Positions 18,743 to 28,013 of a DNA stretch of 64,000 nucleotides are shown in pieces. The position numbers were made by a program, and so were the translations under genes. Source of the DNA: a virus. The notes beneath the pieces were generated by a model. The model was not told the DNA's origin and searched no databases. It worked only from the letters and a program-made list of their open reading frames with translations. Location of the stretch: IMG/VR virus record IMGVR_UViG_3300028196_000009; one strand, given 5' to 3'. Each line of letters begins with the position of its first letter. The first letter of the stretch is position 1.

Positions 18743-21700
18743 TTATACCTCTATTGTTGTCCTTATAAATTTAAATGCCATACTATCTGTACTTGCTGGC
18801 GTTACTCTTAACCTTATATTACCTGATACTAAGTCTGCATCAAATGCTGCCTGTGCTCCATTTTCAAATATAGATGCGTACTGTGTTAAGTAAACATCTG
18901 AGCCATCATGGAATAATAAAATTTCTATTGCTTGAAAATCTGTGTCTGTTGTATTATGTACTTGTACTAAGTACTTAGCAGTTCTAAATGTAGCTGCTGC
19001 AAAAGTGTCTAGTGTAAATTGTGCTGTTGCTGAAGAAGTTCCTGTGCCTACATCCATACCAGCTACTTCGTCTATATGAAGTTTTTGTGGTGGATTAGTG
19101 TCTTGAATACCTACATTACCTGTTGTTGTTACTGCTGAAGGACTTATATTACCAAATGTAACACTCCCTGTCATTGTTTTACCAGATAATGCTGCACTTG
19201 ATAATTGTGTAGTAGTTACAGAGTTATTTGCAATCTCACTTGATCCAACAGCGTTTGCTGCTATTTCACTTGAACCTACATTGTTAGCGGCTATTTTAGA
19301 ACTTGTTATTGCATTGTTTGCTATTTTAGCATTTGTTACATTTAAGTTAGTGATATGAATAGTATCTACACTACTGCTTACTATCTCTGCACTATCTACA
19401 GAGTTACCTGCTAGTTCGTTTGAAGTTATTTGATTAGTGCCTATTTGTGTACTAGTAATGGAACCGTCTGCTATTTTAGCTGCTGTTACACAGTTATCAG
19501 CTAGTTCTGCTGTTCCTACAACACCGTTTTGAATTATGCCAGCTGTGACCGAGTTAAGTGCTATTTCGCTTGTTCCGACAGCATTACCAGCTATTTTACT
19601 AGAGGAAACAGAGTTTACAGCTAAATGTATTCCATCAATACTACCTGATACTAATTCACTTGAATCTACTGAGTTTGCAGCTAGTTCTGACGAACCTACT
19701 GCTCCAGTTGCTATTTTAGTAGCACTTATAGAGTTATTCGCTAAATCTGCGTTTACAATAGAGCCATTTACTATTTTTGATGAGTTTACAGAGTTTGCTG
19801 CTAATTTGCCTTCTGTTACTTGTCCGTTTCCAATATGTGCTGTATCAATACTGCCATCTACATAATGTTCTGAATCTATAGAATCATCTGCAATTTTTGA
19901 CCCGTTTACTGCGTCACCTGCTATTTGTAGGGCTGCTACAGCTCCTGTTGCTATCTCACTAGTATTTACTGCATTTGCAGTTATGTGTCTACCTACAATT
20001 GCATTCGTTATAATCTTAGTGCTATTTATATTGTTATCTGCAATGTTTGCTGTTAAGATTGTATTCGCTGCTATCTCAGCTGTTGTAATACTTCCTGCTA
20101 CAATCTTACTTGCATTTACAGTATTGTCTGCTATTGCACTTGCTGTACCTGTTAAGTTACCTGTAACATTTCCTTCTACGTTTGCTACAAGTGTTCCTGT
20201 TGCATAGCCTGTGCCTTCTGTGTTTACTACTGTGGTTGGTACAGTTTGTAAATCTTTAAATATTTTCCATTTACCTGAATCTCCAGCATCTCTGAAGAAA
20301 CCTGTATACTTATCTGTTCCGCCTACATCATACAATCCATAAAAACCTATGTCAACTGTATCTGCTGAACTATTTGTTGTCGCTAGTGCAAGAAGCGGGT
20401 CTGCTACATTGATTGTTGTAGAAGATACTGTAGTTGTTGTTCCTGATACAGTTAAGTTTCCAGATAATACAACGTTACCTGAGAAGGTTTGTCCGCCTAG
20501 TGCATCTGATTTTAATTCACTTGCACTTACACTATTCGCTGCTATTTTTGTTGCATCTATTGCGTTGTCTTGTATTTTTGCAGTTGCTACTGAATTACCT
20601 GCTAATTGTGCAGTGTTAATTAAACCGTCTGTAATAAAGTCAACACTATTAATTGCATTAGCTGCAATATGTCTTGCTACAATAGCATCGCTTACTATTT
20701 TTCCTGAAGTAACATTGTTATCAGCTATTTTAGCTGTTGTTACTTGTAATGCTCCAATATGTATAGTATCTATACTACCAGTTACTAATTCTGATGAATC
20801 TACTGAATTTGCGGCAAGTTCTGAAGAACCTACTACACCAGCTGCTATATGTGATGCATCGATAACATCTGTACCAATCTTGTTAGCATTTATTGCGTTA
20901 TTTGCAATGTTTGGGCCAGTAACTGTTAATCCTGCTATTTTAGCACCAGTAACTGCGTCATCTGCTAAGTGTATAGTATCTATACTACCAGTGACTAATT
21001 CTGCACTATCTACTGAGTTTGCTGCTATGTGTCTTGCAACTATACTGTCCGTAGCTATTTTTGTTCCGTTTATATTGTTGTCAGCAATGTTTGCTGTTAA
21101 AATTGTGTTTGCAGCTATCTTACCACTTGTTATAGCAAGGTCTGCAATGTCTGCTGTCGCGATTGTTCCATTGACTATTTTTGCTGAAGTGACAGAATTA
21201 TCTCCGAGTTTAGCAGTTGTGACAGCTCCTGCAGCAATCTTTGCAGTAGTAACCTGTAAACCTCCTAGATGTATCGTATCGATCGAGCCAGTAATTAATT
21301 CTGCGCTGTCGACACTGTTTGCTCCAAGTTGAGTGCTAGTGATACTCCCATCAGCAATATGATGAGCAGTAACGTTGTTGCCAGCAATTTTTGCAGTTGT
21401 AACTGCATTTGCCGAAATATGAATTGTGTCGATACTACCAGTGGCAATTTCGCTTGAATCGATTGAATTTTGTGCTATCTCATTTGAGGTTATTGCATTT
21501 CCAGCTATCTTCGCTGTTGTAACTTGTCCTGTTCCTAAATGTATAGTGTCTATACTGCCTGTTACTAATTCACTTGAATCTACTGAGTTTGCAGCTAAGC
21601 CTGAAGCTGTTACAGAGTTATCTGCTACTGAAGTTACAGCAGTTGACTGTAGTTCTGCAGCTCCAACAGAGTTTGTTGCTAATTCTGCAGCTGTTACAGA

Positions 21701-21811
21701 ATTTAAAGCTAACTCAGATGCTGTAATAGCATTTGCAGCAATCTTACTTGAAACTACACTATTATTACCTATTGAGTCTTGTTGTACTAAAAATTTACCT
21801 ATTAACGGCAT
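18743..21811 (-). CDS. Long repeat-rich tail fibre/virion protein
   Basis: 5/10-aa IAxNAVTxAK repeats flanking a central non-repeat domain; C-terminal FRTAKYLVQV..EILLFHDGSDVYLTQYA domain typical of marine phage virion proteins. Confidence 0.75.
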   Translation of the reverse strand: MPLIGKFLVQQDSIGNNSVVSSKIAANAITASELALNSVTAAELATNSVGAAELQSTAVTSVADNSVTASGLAANSVDSSELVTGSIDTIHLGTGQVTTAKIAGNAITSNEIAQNSIDSSEIATGSIDTIHISANAVTTAKIAGNNVTAHHIADGSITSTQLGANSVDSAELITGSIDTIHLGGLQVTTAKIAAGAVTTAKLGDNSVTSAKIVNGTIATADIADLAITSGKIAANTILTANIADNNINGTKIATDSIVARHIAANSVDSAELVTGSIDTIHLADDAVTGAKIAGLTVTGPNIANNAINANKIGTDVIDASHIAAGVVGSSELAANSVDSSELVTGSIDTIHIGALQVTTAKIADNNVTSGKIVSDAIVARHIAANAINSVDFITDGLINTAQLAGNSVATAKIQDNAIDATKIAANSVSASELKSDALGGQTFSGNVVLSGNLTVSGTTTTVSSTTINVADPLLALATTNSSADTVDIGFYGLYDVGGTDKYTGFFRDAGDSGKWKIFKDLQTVPTTVVNTEGTGYATGTLVANVEGNVTGNLTGTASAIADNTVNASKIVAGSITTAEIAANTILTANIADNNINSTKIITNAIVGRHITANAVNTSEIATGAVAALQIAGDAVNGSKIADDSIDSEHYVDGSIDTAHIGNGQVTEGKLAANSVNSSKIVNGSIVNADLANNSISATKIATGAVGSSELAANSVDSSELVSGSIDGIHLAVNSVSSSKIAGNAVGTSEIALNSVTAGIIQNGVVGTAELADNCVTAAKIADGSITSTQIGTNQITSNELAGNSVDSAEIVSSSVDTIHITNLNVTNAKIANNAITSSKIAANNVGSSEIAANAVGSSEIANNSVTTTQLSSAALSGKTMTGSVTFGNISPSAVTTTGNVGIQDTNPPQKLHIDEVAGMDVGTGTSSATAQFTLDTFAAATFRTAKYLVQVHNTTDTDFQAIEILLFHDGSDVYLTQYASIFENGAQAAFDADLVSGNIRLRVTPASTDSMAFKFIRTTIEV

Positions 21812-21812
21812 T

Positions 21813-22145
21813 TTATGTTTGCTCCAAATACGATAGAACTATGTCTATTGAACTTGTCGTGTTTGATAGACACTTTATAATGTCACCTGCTTCTAAAACG
21901 ACTTTTGCATCACCACCTATTGGAGCTAGTGTTGAACCCGCAGGTATTTCTACTCCATTTACTATTGAGGCGTGATGATTGGCACTTGCATTAAACAATT
22001 GAACAGTTGCTGTAATGTCTGCTCCTGCAACATTGCAAATATATAATCCTATAAGTGTTGTTGTTGTGCTATTTGGACAGGTATACACAGAGGTTAATCC
22101 TGTGCCTATATCTACTGCTGTTTCTGTTTTAAATGCTGATGCCAT
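21813..22145 (-). CDS. Small virion structural protein
   Basis: VYTCP..TTLIGLYICNV..KVVLEAGD pattern; tail-fibre context. Confidence 0.6.
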   Translation of the reverse strand: MASAFKTETAVDIGTGLTSVYTCPNSTTTTLIGLYICNVAGADITATVQLFNASANHHASIVNGVEIPAGSTLAPIGGDAKVVLEAGDIIKCLSNTTSSIDIVLSYLEQT

Positions 22146-22149
22146 AATA

Positions 22150-22359
22150 TTATCCTAATGCTATTGAGAAAGCTACGAGGTCGTCTGCTGTTAACGCTCC
22201 TTCTACATGACTGGCTAGTATTACTACTGTGCCATCTGCTTTCTTTGTATAAATTCTTTGGTCAGCCACATTCATAGCAATTTCATGAGTTTGTAAATCA
22301 CTTGTCTGTGGCACTGAGTTTGTTGTCTCTGACCTTTTTGGTTTAATAACTTGAGCCAT
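22150..22359 (-). CDS. Small fibre protein with Mtd_N-like N-terminus
   Basis: IKPKRS..VP..L..HEIAMNVADQRIY. Confidence 0.6.
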   Translation of the reverse strand: MAQVIKPKRSETTNSVPQTSDLQTHEIAMNVADQRIYTKKADGTVVILASHVEGALTADDLVAFSIALG

Positions 22360-22361
22360 TC

Positions 22362-23987
22362 TTAGAATGTGCCACCGTCTATGTTATTAGACCATGCTAT
22401 TGTTCCGTTTGCCCCAACTTGTAGAATTTGTCCTACTGAATTTGTTGAGTCGTATGTTCCTATTGATAAAGAAGCGAATGAACCACCTGTATTAGCACCA
22501 TATAATAGTACTCCTTCTGGTAATGCGCTTACTCCTTTTAATCTTAAAGTATCTGAAGCTATTTCAATTGTAGTATCATCAACATTTGCGGATATTGTGT
22601 TTCCTGATTTTCCAAGACCGTCTCCTGCAGTAACACTACCAGCTCCTGAGAACTGTGTAAATCCTAAACCAGTTGTACCTAGTGTTGCTGAACCTGTTAC
22701 GTTTGATAGTACAAATCCTGCATCTGCATTTACTGACCCTTCTTCGATGAAAGTAAAACAACCACCTGTCATACGTGCTGATGAATCGTTATCTGTTGCT
22801 CTTGTTAGTACAAAAACTGCTGATCCACTACCTACTGTAGTTACTGTATAAATACCATTTTGTGCTGTTGCAGTCTGATTTTTAACAAGTATTCTATCGC
22901 CAGTTGTAGGTGATACGCCATCTACAGCTATTGCTCCATTAGAGTCTCCTGTTAAAGTAGCTCCTACACCGTTTGTACCGTTGTTGTAAGCTGCTGCTAA
23001 ATTAGCTGTTGTTGTTGCTCTTACTGAATCTTTAATATCTAGTGCTTGTTTTACTGCATCTACATATCCTTTATTTGCTGCATCTGTTGTGCTTACAGGA
23101 GTTCCTACGTTTAGGATTTTGTTTCCACCTGCGTCTACAGTCTGTGACCCAGCTATTGTTAAGCCTCCATCAAAGTCTGCTGATTCTGTAAATGTTGAAG
23201 TACCAGTAACTGTTATAGTGTCTCCACTTGCGTTACCTAAAGTAACGTTTCCATTTAAAGTTGTGTTTCCATCTACGTTTAAATTGGAATCAAAGTCTAC
23301 ATTGCCTTGACCGTTAAGTGTTCCTGCTATAATTGTATTACCAGTTCCACCTACTACAGAGAACTTGTTAGTATTAACTGTTAAATTACCTGTTGCGGCT
23401 ATTGAAGTATTAGAACTTAAAGAGTTAACAGTAGCAGAACCTGATACATCTAAAGTACCATTTAAATCTACATTTTTACCAAATTGTATCTTTTCACCAC
23501 CGTTGGTAGTTACTAATTTAATGTAAGATGTTCCGCCTTCATTGATGTCTAACGCTGCTGCGTTATCATCTAAAATTGTTATTGAGTTGGCTTGAGTTGC
23601 TAGATTTAGAGTACCGCCATGTTTTAGAATTAAATCTGCCGCAGAATTTATTGTTAAGTTTCCGCTTGTTACTGTTTTTAATTCAAAAGTAGCTGAGGTA
23701 GTAGCAATAGTATTATTAGCACCTGTGATTACAGTAGAACCAGTTTTTAACTGATCAATCTTACTGTCTGAGCCTACTAATATAGCTGAACTAGCTGTTA
23801 AAGTACCTGCTGAATGGTCAAGCATTGCAACATACAAATCTCCTCCGATTGTTGTTACTGCGTTACCGACTGCCGGTGAGCCTACAAATAGCTTTTGCGA
23901 ATTAGAAGAATATGCTAATTCACCAGCACCTAATGAGGTAGGAGCAGCGGAGGAGCTACTTCTTTTGATTTTAATGGTTTGTGCCAT
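22362..23987 (-). CDS. Tail fibre protein with Mtd_N-like N-terminus
   Basis: IKIKRS..APTSLGAGELAYS; DAANKGYVD fibre motif; RILVKNQT..QNGIY. Confidence 0.75.
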   Translation of the reverse strand: MAQTIKIKRSSSSAAPTSLGAGELAYSSNSQKLFVGSPAVGNAVTTIGGDLYVAMLDHSAGTLTASSAILVGSDSKIDQLKTGSTVITGANNTIATTSATFELKTVTSGNLTINSAADLILKHGGTLNLATQANSITILDDNAAALDINEGGTSYIKLVTTNGGEKIQFGKNVDLNGTLDVSGSATVNSLSSNTSIAATGNLTVNTNKFSVVGGTGNTIIAGTLNGQGNVDFDSNLNVDGNTTLNGNVTLGNASGDTITVTGTSTFTESADFDGGLTIAGSQTVDAGGNKILNVGTPVSTTDAANKGYVDAVKQALDIKDSVRATTTANLAAAYNNGTNGVGATLTGDSNGAIAVDGVSPTTGDRILVKNQTATAQNGIYTVTTVGSGSAVFVLTRATDNDSSARMTGGCFTFIEEGSVNADAGFVLSNVTGSATLGTTGLGFTQFSGAGSVTAGDGLGKSGNTISANVDDTTIEIASDTLRLKGVSALPEGVLLYGANTGGSFASLSIGTYDSTNSVGQILQVGANGTIAWSNNIDGGTF

Positions 23988-24007
23988 GATTATTTCCTAT
24001 CGAGCTA

Positions 24008-24388
24008 TTAAAAGCTCCCTGCGTCTACCGTGTCTGAGTCCGCTGAATTGTTACCTATCATTATAGGGACAAATTCAAAGTTTCCACTTGTTATTTCTCG
24101 GTAGATCTTTAACTGATTATCATCAGTGTCATAAAATAAATCTCCTTCAGCTAAGTTTGCAAGGTCTGCTGATGGAGCCGTTGTAGCAACATGAAATTGC
24201 TCTGCTAAAAAATTTAGTGCATCTTCGACATTGTTTGTGCCTACAAGAGTACCTGACGGTGAGGAAAGAGTTATCCCCGACGCATCACTGAGTGCTGCGG
24301 CTACTGCTGAAGAAATAGTAAGGGTGGTAGTATTAGAGGTGGCAGTTATAGCGCTAGTTTTAGGAGTTATAGTTACTGTTGTTGCCAT
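24008..24388 (-). CDS. Virion structural protein
   Basis: APSA..EGDLFYDTDDNQLKIY and C-terminal DAGSF motif. Confidence 0.55.
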   Translation of the reverse strand: MATTVTITPKTSAITATSNTTTLTISSAVAAALSDASGITLSSPSGTLVGTNNVEDALNFLAEQFHVATTAPSADLANLAEGDLFYDTDDNQLKIYREITSGNFEFVPIMIGNNSADSDTVDAGSF

Positions 24389-24729
24389 TATCTTGTTACA
24401 TTTGGAGTAACTCTTGCTACCCCCTCGATTATTCTTGTAATACTATCTGCTGATGTATTTTGCAATTCTAAATCATAATAGTATTTACCTGCAGCTACGT
24501 TACTTGTAACGGCATGCCCCATAGCCATATTTAATTTGCCTTGGGATCCGCTAGTAATAGTACATGTAAATGTTGCTGTAAGAGTGCTTGATGTGGGGGT
24601 AGGTCGCAACTGTGCTGTTGCTACGTGATTGCTAGTTAAAACTATTGGACTTCCATCTTCTGCAAGTGCAATTTCAAGGGCGAAATCCGCTCCCTGGTCA
24701 ATAACTATATCATATTTTCCTGCTGCCAT
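24388..24729 (-). CDS. Baseplate/fibre-attachment (BppU/LtfC-like) protein
   Basis: YDIVIDQGADF, AGKYYYDLEL, RIIEG..VTPNVT. Confidence 0.65.
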   Translation of the reverse strand: MAAGKYDIVIDQGADFALEIALAEDGSPIVLTSNHVATAQLRPTPTSSTLTATFTCTITSGSQGKLNMAMGHAVTSNVAAGKYYYDLELQNTSADSITRIIEGVARVTPNVTR

Positions 24730-24749
24730 ATTGTACTCCTATATGCTAA

Positions 24750-24788
24750 ATTATATCAAAAACTTGAGGTGGTGTCAAGAACTATTTT
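24750..24788 (-). promoter_or_regulatory. Sigma70-type promoter with AAAATAGTTC element
   Basis: AAAATAGTTC-TTGACA-N17-TATAAT; AGGAG RBS before ATG 24729. Confidence 0.85.
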
Positions 24789-24807
24789 TGAGGGGTATAT
24801 GCTTGAC

Positions 24808-24996
24808 CTACGAGTTCGGGAATTTGTCTTTAACTGCTTTCCTAGCTAAATAAAATTGTCCAGTTTTTGCTGTATCGCCAAACTTACCAGAATCAATATC
24901 GTGGTATAGTAAGTCTAGTTGTTCTTTTATTAGTGTATAATACAATGCTCTTTTTGATTCTTTATCTGCACCTGATTTTGTTAGATTTATATTCAT
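24808..24996 (-). CDS. Small tail-fibre assembly-like protein
   Basis: EQLDLLYHDIDSG..KAVKDKFP motif. Confidence 0.55.
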   Translation of the reverse strand: MNINLTKSGADKESKRALYYTLIKEQLDLLYHDIDSGKFGDTAKTGQFYLARKAVKDKFPNS

Positions 24997-25418
24997 TCTC
25001 CATACCTCTTAATTGTTATCTTTTGAGTTTGATGTTTTTTATACCCTACTTTTAAAAATCTTATGGTATAAGTACCTGGTTCACTAGCTGTTAGTGTTAA
25101 AGTTGTATCACTCATAGTACCTGCTAAAACATTATCTATAAATACTTGAGTCCCTGTAGGTAGTCCTGTTACATTTACTACTGAGTCTATATTAGGATTC
25201 ATAGTACTAAATGTAGGATTAAATATAGATTTTTCTATTACGTCATTACCCTCACTATTTACCCAAAAATTATTACAGTCTAGTGTAGTATCAGTATCTT
25301 TTTCAAGATAAGTTAACCCTGTATCTGTTTGTTCTGTTTTTATAGCTTCTGTGATGTCTCCATTAGTACACCAAGCCATCTCTTTATCTGATTTATAAAA
25401 TACGTGCCATATTGCCAT
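24993..25418 (-). CDS. Tail-tip associated protein, beta-sandwich-like C-terminus
   Basis: VTGLPTGTQVFID..SEPGTYTIRF. Confidence 0.45.
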   Translation of the reverse strand: MAIWHVFYKSDKEMAWCTNGDITEAIKTEQTDTGLTYLEKDTDTTLDCNNFWVNSEGNDVIEKSIFNPTFSTMNPNIDSVVNVTGLPTGTQVFIDNVLAGTMSDTTLTLTASEPGTYTIRFLKVGYKKHQTQKITIKRYGE

Positions 25419-26005
25419 TAGAAACTTCCTCCGCTTCTTGTGTTTTCTTGTTTAAAAATTATATAGGCGTAACATAGTGCTGCGCTATTATTTACTGTTG
25501 TGCTACTATTAATGTTATAGTAATCTCTGTTATTATTTTCTAGTTCTATAGTACTGGTACTAGCGGCAGCGCTGAGTCCCCCACTAGAATTCGAGACTGT
25601 ATCATATTCTTCCTCATCTCCATCTTCGCCATTACTCTCATAGAATTCTTTAGAAATATAGTAAGGGGTATAAACTGCTGAGGGTACTCCACTTGATAGG
25701 TCTGAGTATCTATTCCACCTAATTGCATAAGCAGGTATGTAACCTAAATTGTGTGTAATTGTAGCACTGTCTGAAGTATAAGTTATTCCACCAAAAGTAA
25801 TACTTTGTTGTGCTGCACCACTTCCATCATTAAATGCAGTTAATATTCCTTGACCATAAGAATGTACATTTAAACTAGATGCTGCTCGTGAATCAAAAGC
25901 TAAAGGAGAGGTTAGAGAATCATCAGATACATCAACCCCACTTCTAGACACAAATAGTCCAAAGTCTGAAGAACCTCTTTTACCTATTAATACTCTATTT
26001 CCCAT
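25418..26005 (-). CDS. Tail-tip protein, paralog 3
   Basis: NRVLIG..FGLFVSRSGVDV..LAFDS N-terminus shared with two neighbours. Confidence 0.6.
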   Translation of the reverse strand: MGNRVLIGKRGSSDFGLFVSRSGVDVSDDSLTSPLAFDSRAASSLNVHSYGQGILTAFNDGSGAAQQSITFGGITYTSDSATITHNLGYIPAYAIRWNRYSDLSSGVPSAVYTPYYISKEFYESNGEDGDEEEYDTVSNSSGGLSAAASTSTIELENNNRDYYNINSSTTVNNSAALCYAYIIFKQENTRSGGSF

Positions 26006-26472
26006 TAGAATCTCGCAACATTACTAAACTTAGGTATCACTGAAAAACTTAAAGTTTCTGCTTGAGCTGAGTTATTTGTAATATTTACTCCTGAAGTAGT
26101 AAAAGAATTTATTGTCCAAGAAGCTCCTGATACTGCAGTACTACTACCAGTACCGGAAGTTGTGTAGGTGGCTCCAAATATAGGAATTATTCCAAAACTC
26201 CAGTTAAAGTTTAAAAAAGAAACTGTTGCTGTTGTTCCTGAAGCTATACTACCAGTAGTTCCAGTAGCATTAGCAACTCCAGAACTTACTGAAACTGATT
26301 GAGCTTGAAGAAACCCTTTTATATCAGAACTTCCTCCTTTATCTGTGTCCATTATTAATTCGTCGTCTGAACAAGTAAGTACATTTTTACCTGGTCTACT
26401 AACCCACATTCCAAATTTATCTGTTCCACCTCTTTGAGAGGTTCCTTTTCCTATTAGTAATCTATTTGCCAT
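26005..26472 (-). CDS. Tail-tip protein, paralog 2
   Basis: MANRLLIG..FGMWVSRPGKNV..LIMDT; start moved to ATG 26472 by alignment with paralogs. Confidence 0.6.
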   Translation of the reverse strand: MANRLLIGKGTSQRGGTDKFGMWVSRPGKNVLTCSDDELIMDTDKGGSSDIKGFLQAQSVSVSSGVANATGTTGSIASGTTATVSFLNFNWSFGIIPIFGATYTTSGTGSSTAVSGASWTINSFTTSGVNITNNSAQAETLSFSVIPKFSNVARF

Positions 26473-26477
26473 AATTA

Positions 26478-26990
26478 TTATCCAAAGTATGTATTGTTCA
26501 TATATCCAAATGCACAAGGTATTCTTAATACAAAATAGTTTACATTTATTGCATTTTCATTTATACTACTAATTCCGTCATACCCTCTTCCATCTGTAGG
26601 AAGTCCTCCTTCTAGCTGGTTTCCCGCTCCAACTCCGCCTTCTTGACAAGTAACAGGAGTTACTGTTGAAGTTGTAGTTTTCCACGAGCTTATTTCAGAA
26701 CAATATAAAGATATATCTACGTCATCAACTTCTATTTCTCCATTATTTTTCTCTGAGAATAGTACTAAGGGTATATAACCCAGGCTTGCTTTACTTCCTG
26801 TAGTTAAATAGTTATCAGCAGCGTCATTTAGTGTCAAATCTTGTCCTCCTGCATATACCATTCCTGTTCTTACTGAAGTAGAATCAAATAGCATATCTTT
26901 AGCTGCTCCAGTGAGAGCATTTACTCCAGGTTTTGAAATTCTTACTCCATATGTACTACCTAAATCTCCTAACAATACTCTATTAGCCAC
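26478..26990 (-). CDS. Tail-tip protein, paralog 1
   Basis: MANRVLLG..YGVRISKPGVNA..MLFDS; GTG start with GGAG RBS. Confidence 0.6.
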   Translation of the reverse strand: MANRVLLGDLGSTYGVRISKPGVNALTGAAKDMLFDSTSVRTGMVYAGGQDLTLNDAADNYLTTGSKASLGYIPLVLFSEKNNGEIEVDDVDISLYCSEISSWKTTTSTVTPVTCQEGGVGAGNQLEGGLPTDGRGYDGISSINENAINVNYFVLRIPCAFGYMNNTYFG

Positions 26991-27949
26991 TTAATTCTCC
27001 TTGTCGTGCTTTCCTGGTCGTAACATAAATACTGTTCACAGTACCAAGATAAAAATTTTCTATTTTTTTCCTTGCTCCACCACGATAAATCGTTTATCGC
27101 ATTTGTTAATTGTGGTAGGTGCCTTAAATCTTTTGTTATCCAATGATACTCAGGATAACCATAACTAATTATTGGAACATCATGCATCATACATTCTATT
27201 CCTGCAGTGCTATTTTCAATTATAGCTACTTTGGTTTTTGGTAGTATACCATGTATGCTTTCATATCCTTCTATAACTGTAACCCCTAAACTTTTCCACT
27301 CATCTATTGTTTTTTTGTAGTGTAACCAAGTCCCTCCTTTTTCTGATTCTGACTGTAGTGTAGGATGAATTTTTACAACTAAAGGATGTTGTTTATATAG
27401 TTTGCGAACTATTAATATAAGTTTATCCCAATGACTCCCGAAAGATTGCTTACAAACTGTCTCATCTCCTGGCATTTGTCCTATCACTAAAACATGATTA
27501 TCAGGAATATTAGGATTAGTTGCGAACATTTTTAAATCGTCTCTATCACTCCATTTGCTTTCCATATTTTCTTTAAATTTAGGAACTTTAGTATCAAAAA
27601 AATTACTTTCATACGTTTCAAAATTAGGTTTTTTGTATGTTATAGACGAGTAACTAGCATATCCTAAATCATCTATAGAAAAGTATTCAGGAGTTGGTGC
27701 AGTAGGTTTTAGAAATAATGATTGCTTACCTTTAAAAAATTGTAACTCTTCTAGTTCGTCTAAGTTACTATGATTATAGATATAGATTGCATCTGCTTCA
27801 TCGACAATTGGAGGATAGTTAAAATTCAAAAATTTACTTGTTTGAATATCTGCACCTAAAGTTTCTAGTGCATTAAGTACCATTCCGTACATTCTCATCC
27901 AATTGCCATTTATATTTCTATACTTATGTGCGCTTATTTTTACTTTCAT
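26969..27949 (-). CDS. KpsS/KpsC-like (Capsule_synth) GT-B glycosyltransferase
   Basis: HVLVIGQMPGDETV, LVVKIHP, NSTAGIECMMHDVPII.YG. Confidence 0.7.
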   Translation of the reverse strand: MKVKISAHKYRNINGNWMRMYGMVLNALETLGADIQTSKFLNFNYPPIVDEADAIYIYNHSNLDELEELQFFKGKQSLFLKPTAPTPEYFSIDDLGYASYSSITYKKPNFETYESNFFDTKVPKFKENMESKWSDRDDLKMFATNPNIPDNHVLVIGQMPGDETVCKQSFGSHWDKLILIVRKLYKQHPLVVKIHPTLQSESEKGGTWLHYKKTIDEWKSLGVTVIEGYESIHGILPKTKVAIIENSTAGIECMMHDVPIISYGYPEYHWITKDLRHLPQLTNAINDLSWWSKEKNRKFLSWYCEQYLCYDQESTTRRIKWLIEYC

Positions 27950-27974
27950 ATATTCCCAGTTGATTTATTTTCTA

Positions 27975-28013
27975 ATTATAACAAAGTCCAAACTATAAGT
28001 CAAGAACTATTTT
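27975..28013 (-). promoter_or_regulatory. Sigma70-type promoter with AAAATAGTTC element
   Basis: AAAATAGTTC-TTGACT-N17-TATAAT. Confidence 0.8.

Noticed and set aside
19536-23310. Antisense ORFs over the repeat-rich fibre genes
   Set aside because: Antisense shadows of Ala/Ile/Thr repeats
22150-23987. Mtd_N-like domains suggesting a diversity-generating retroelement
   Set aside because: No reverse transcriptase and no adenine-mismatched TR/VR pair seen in the window
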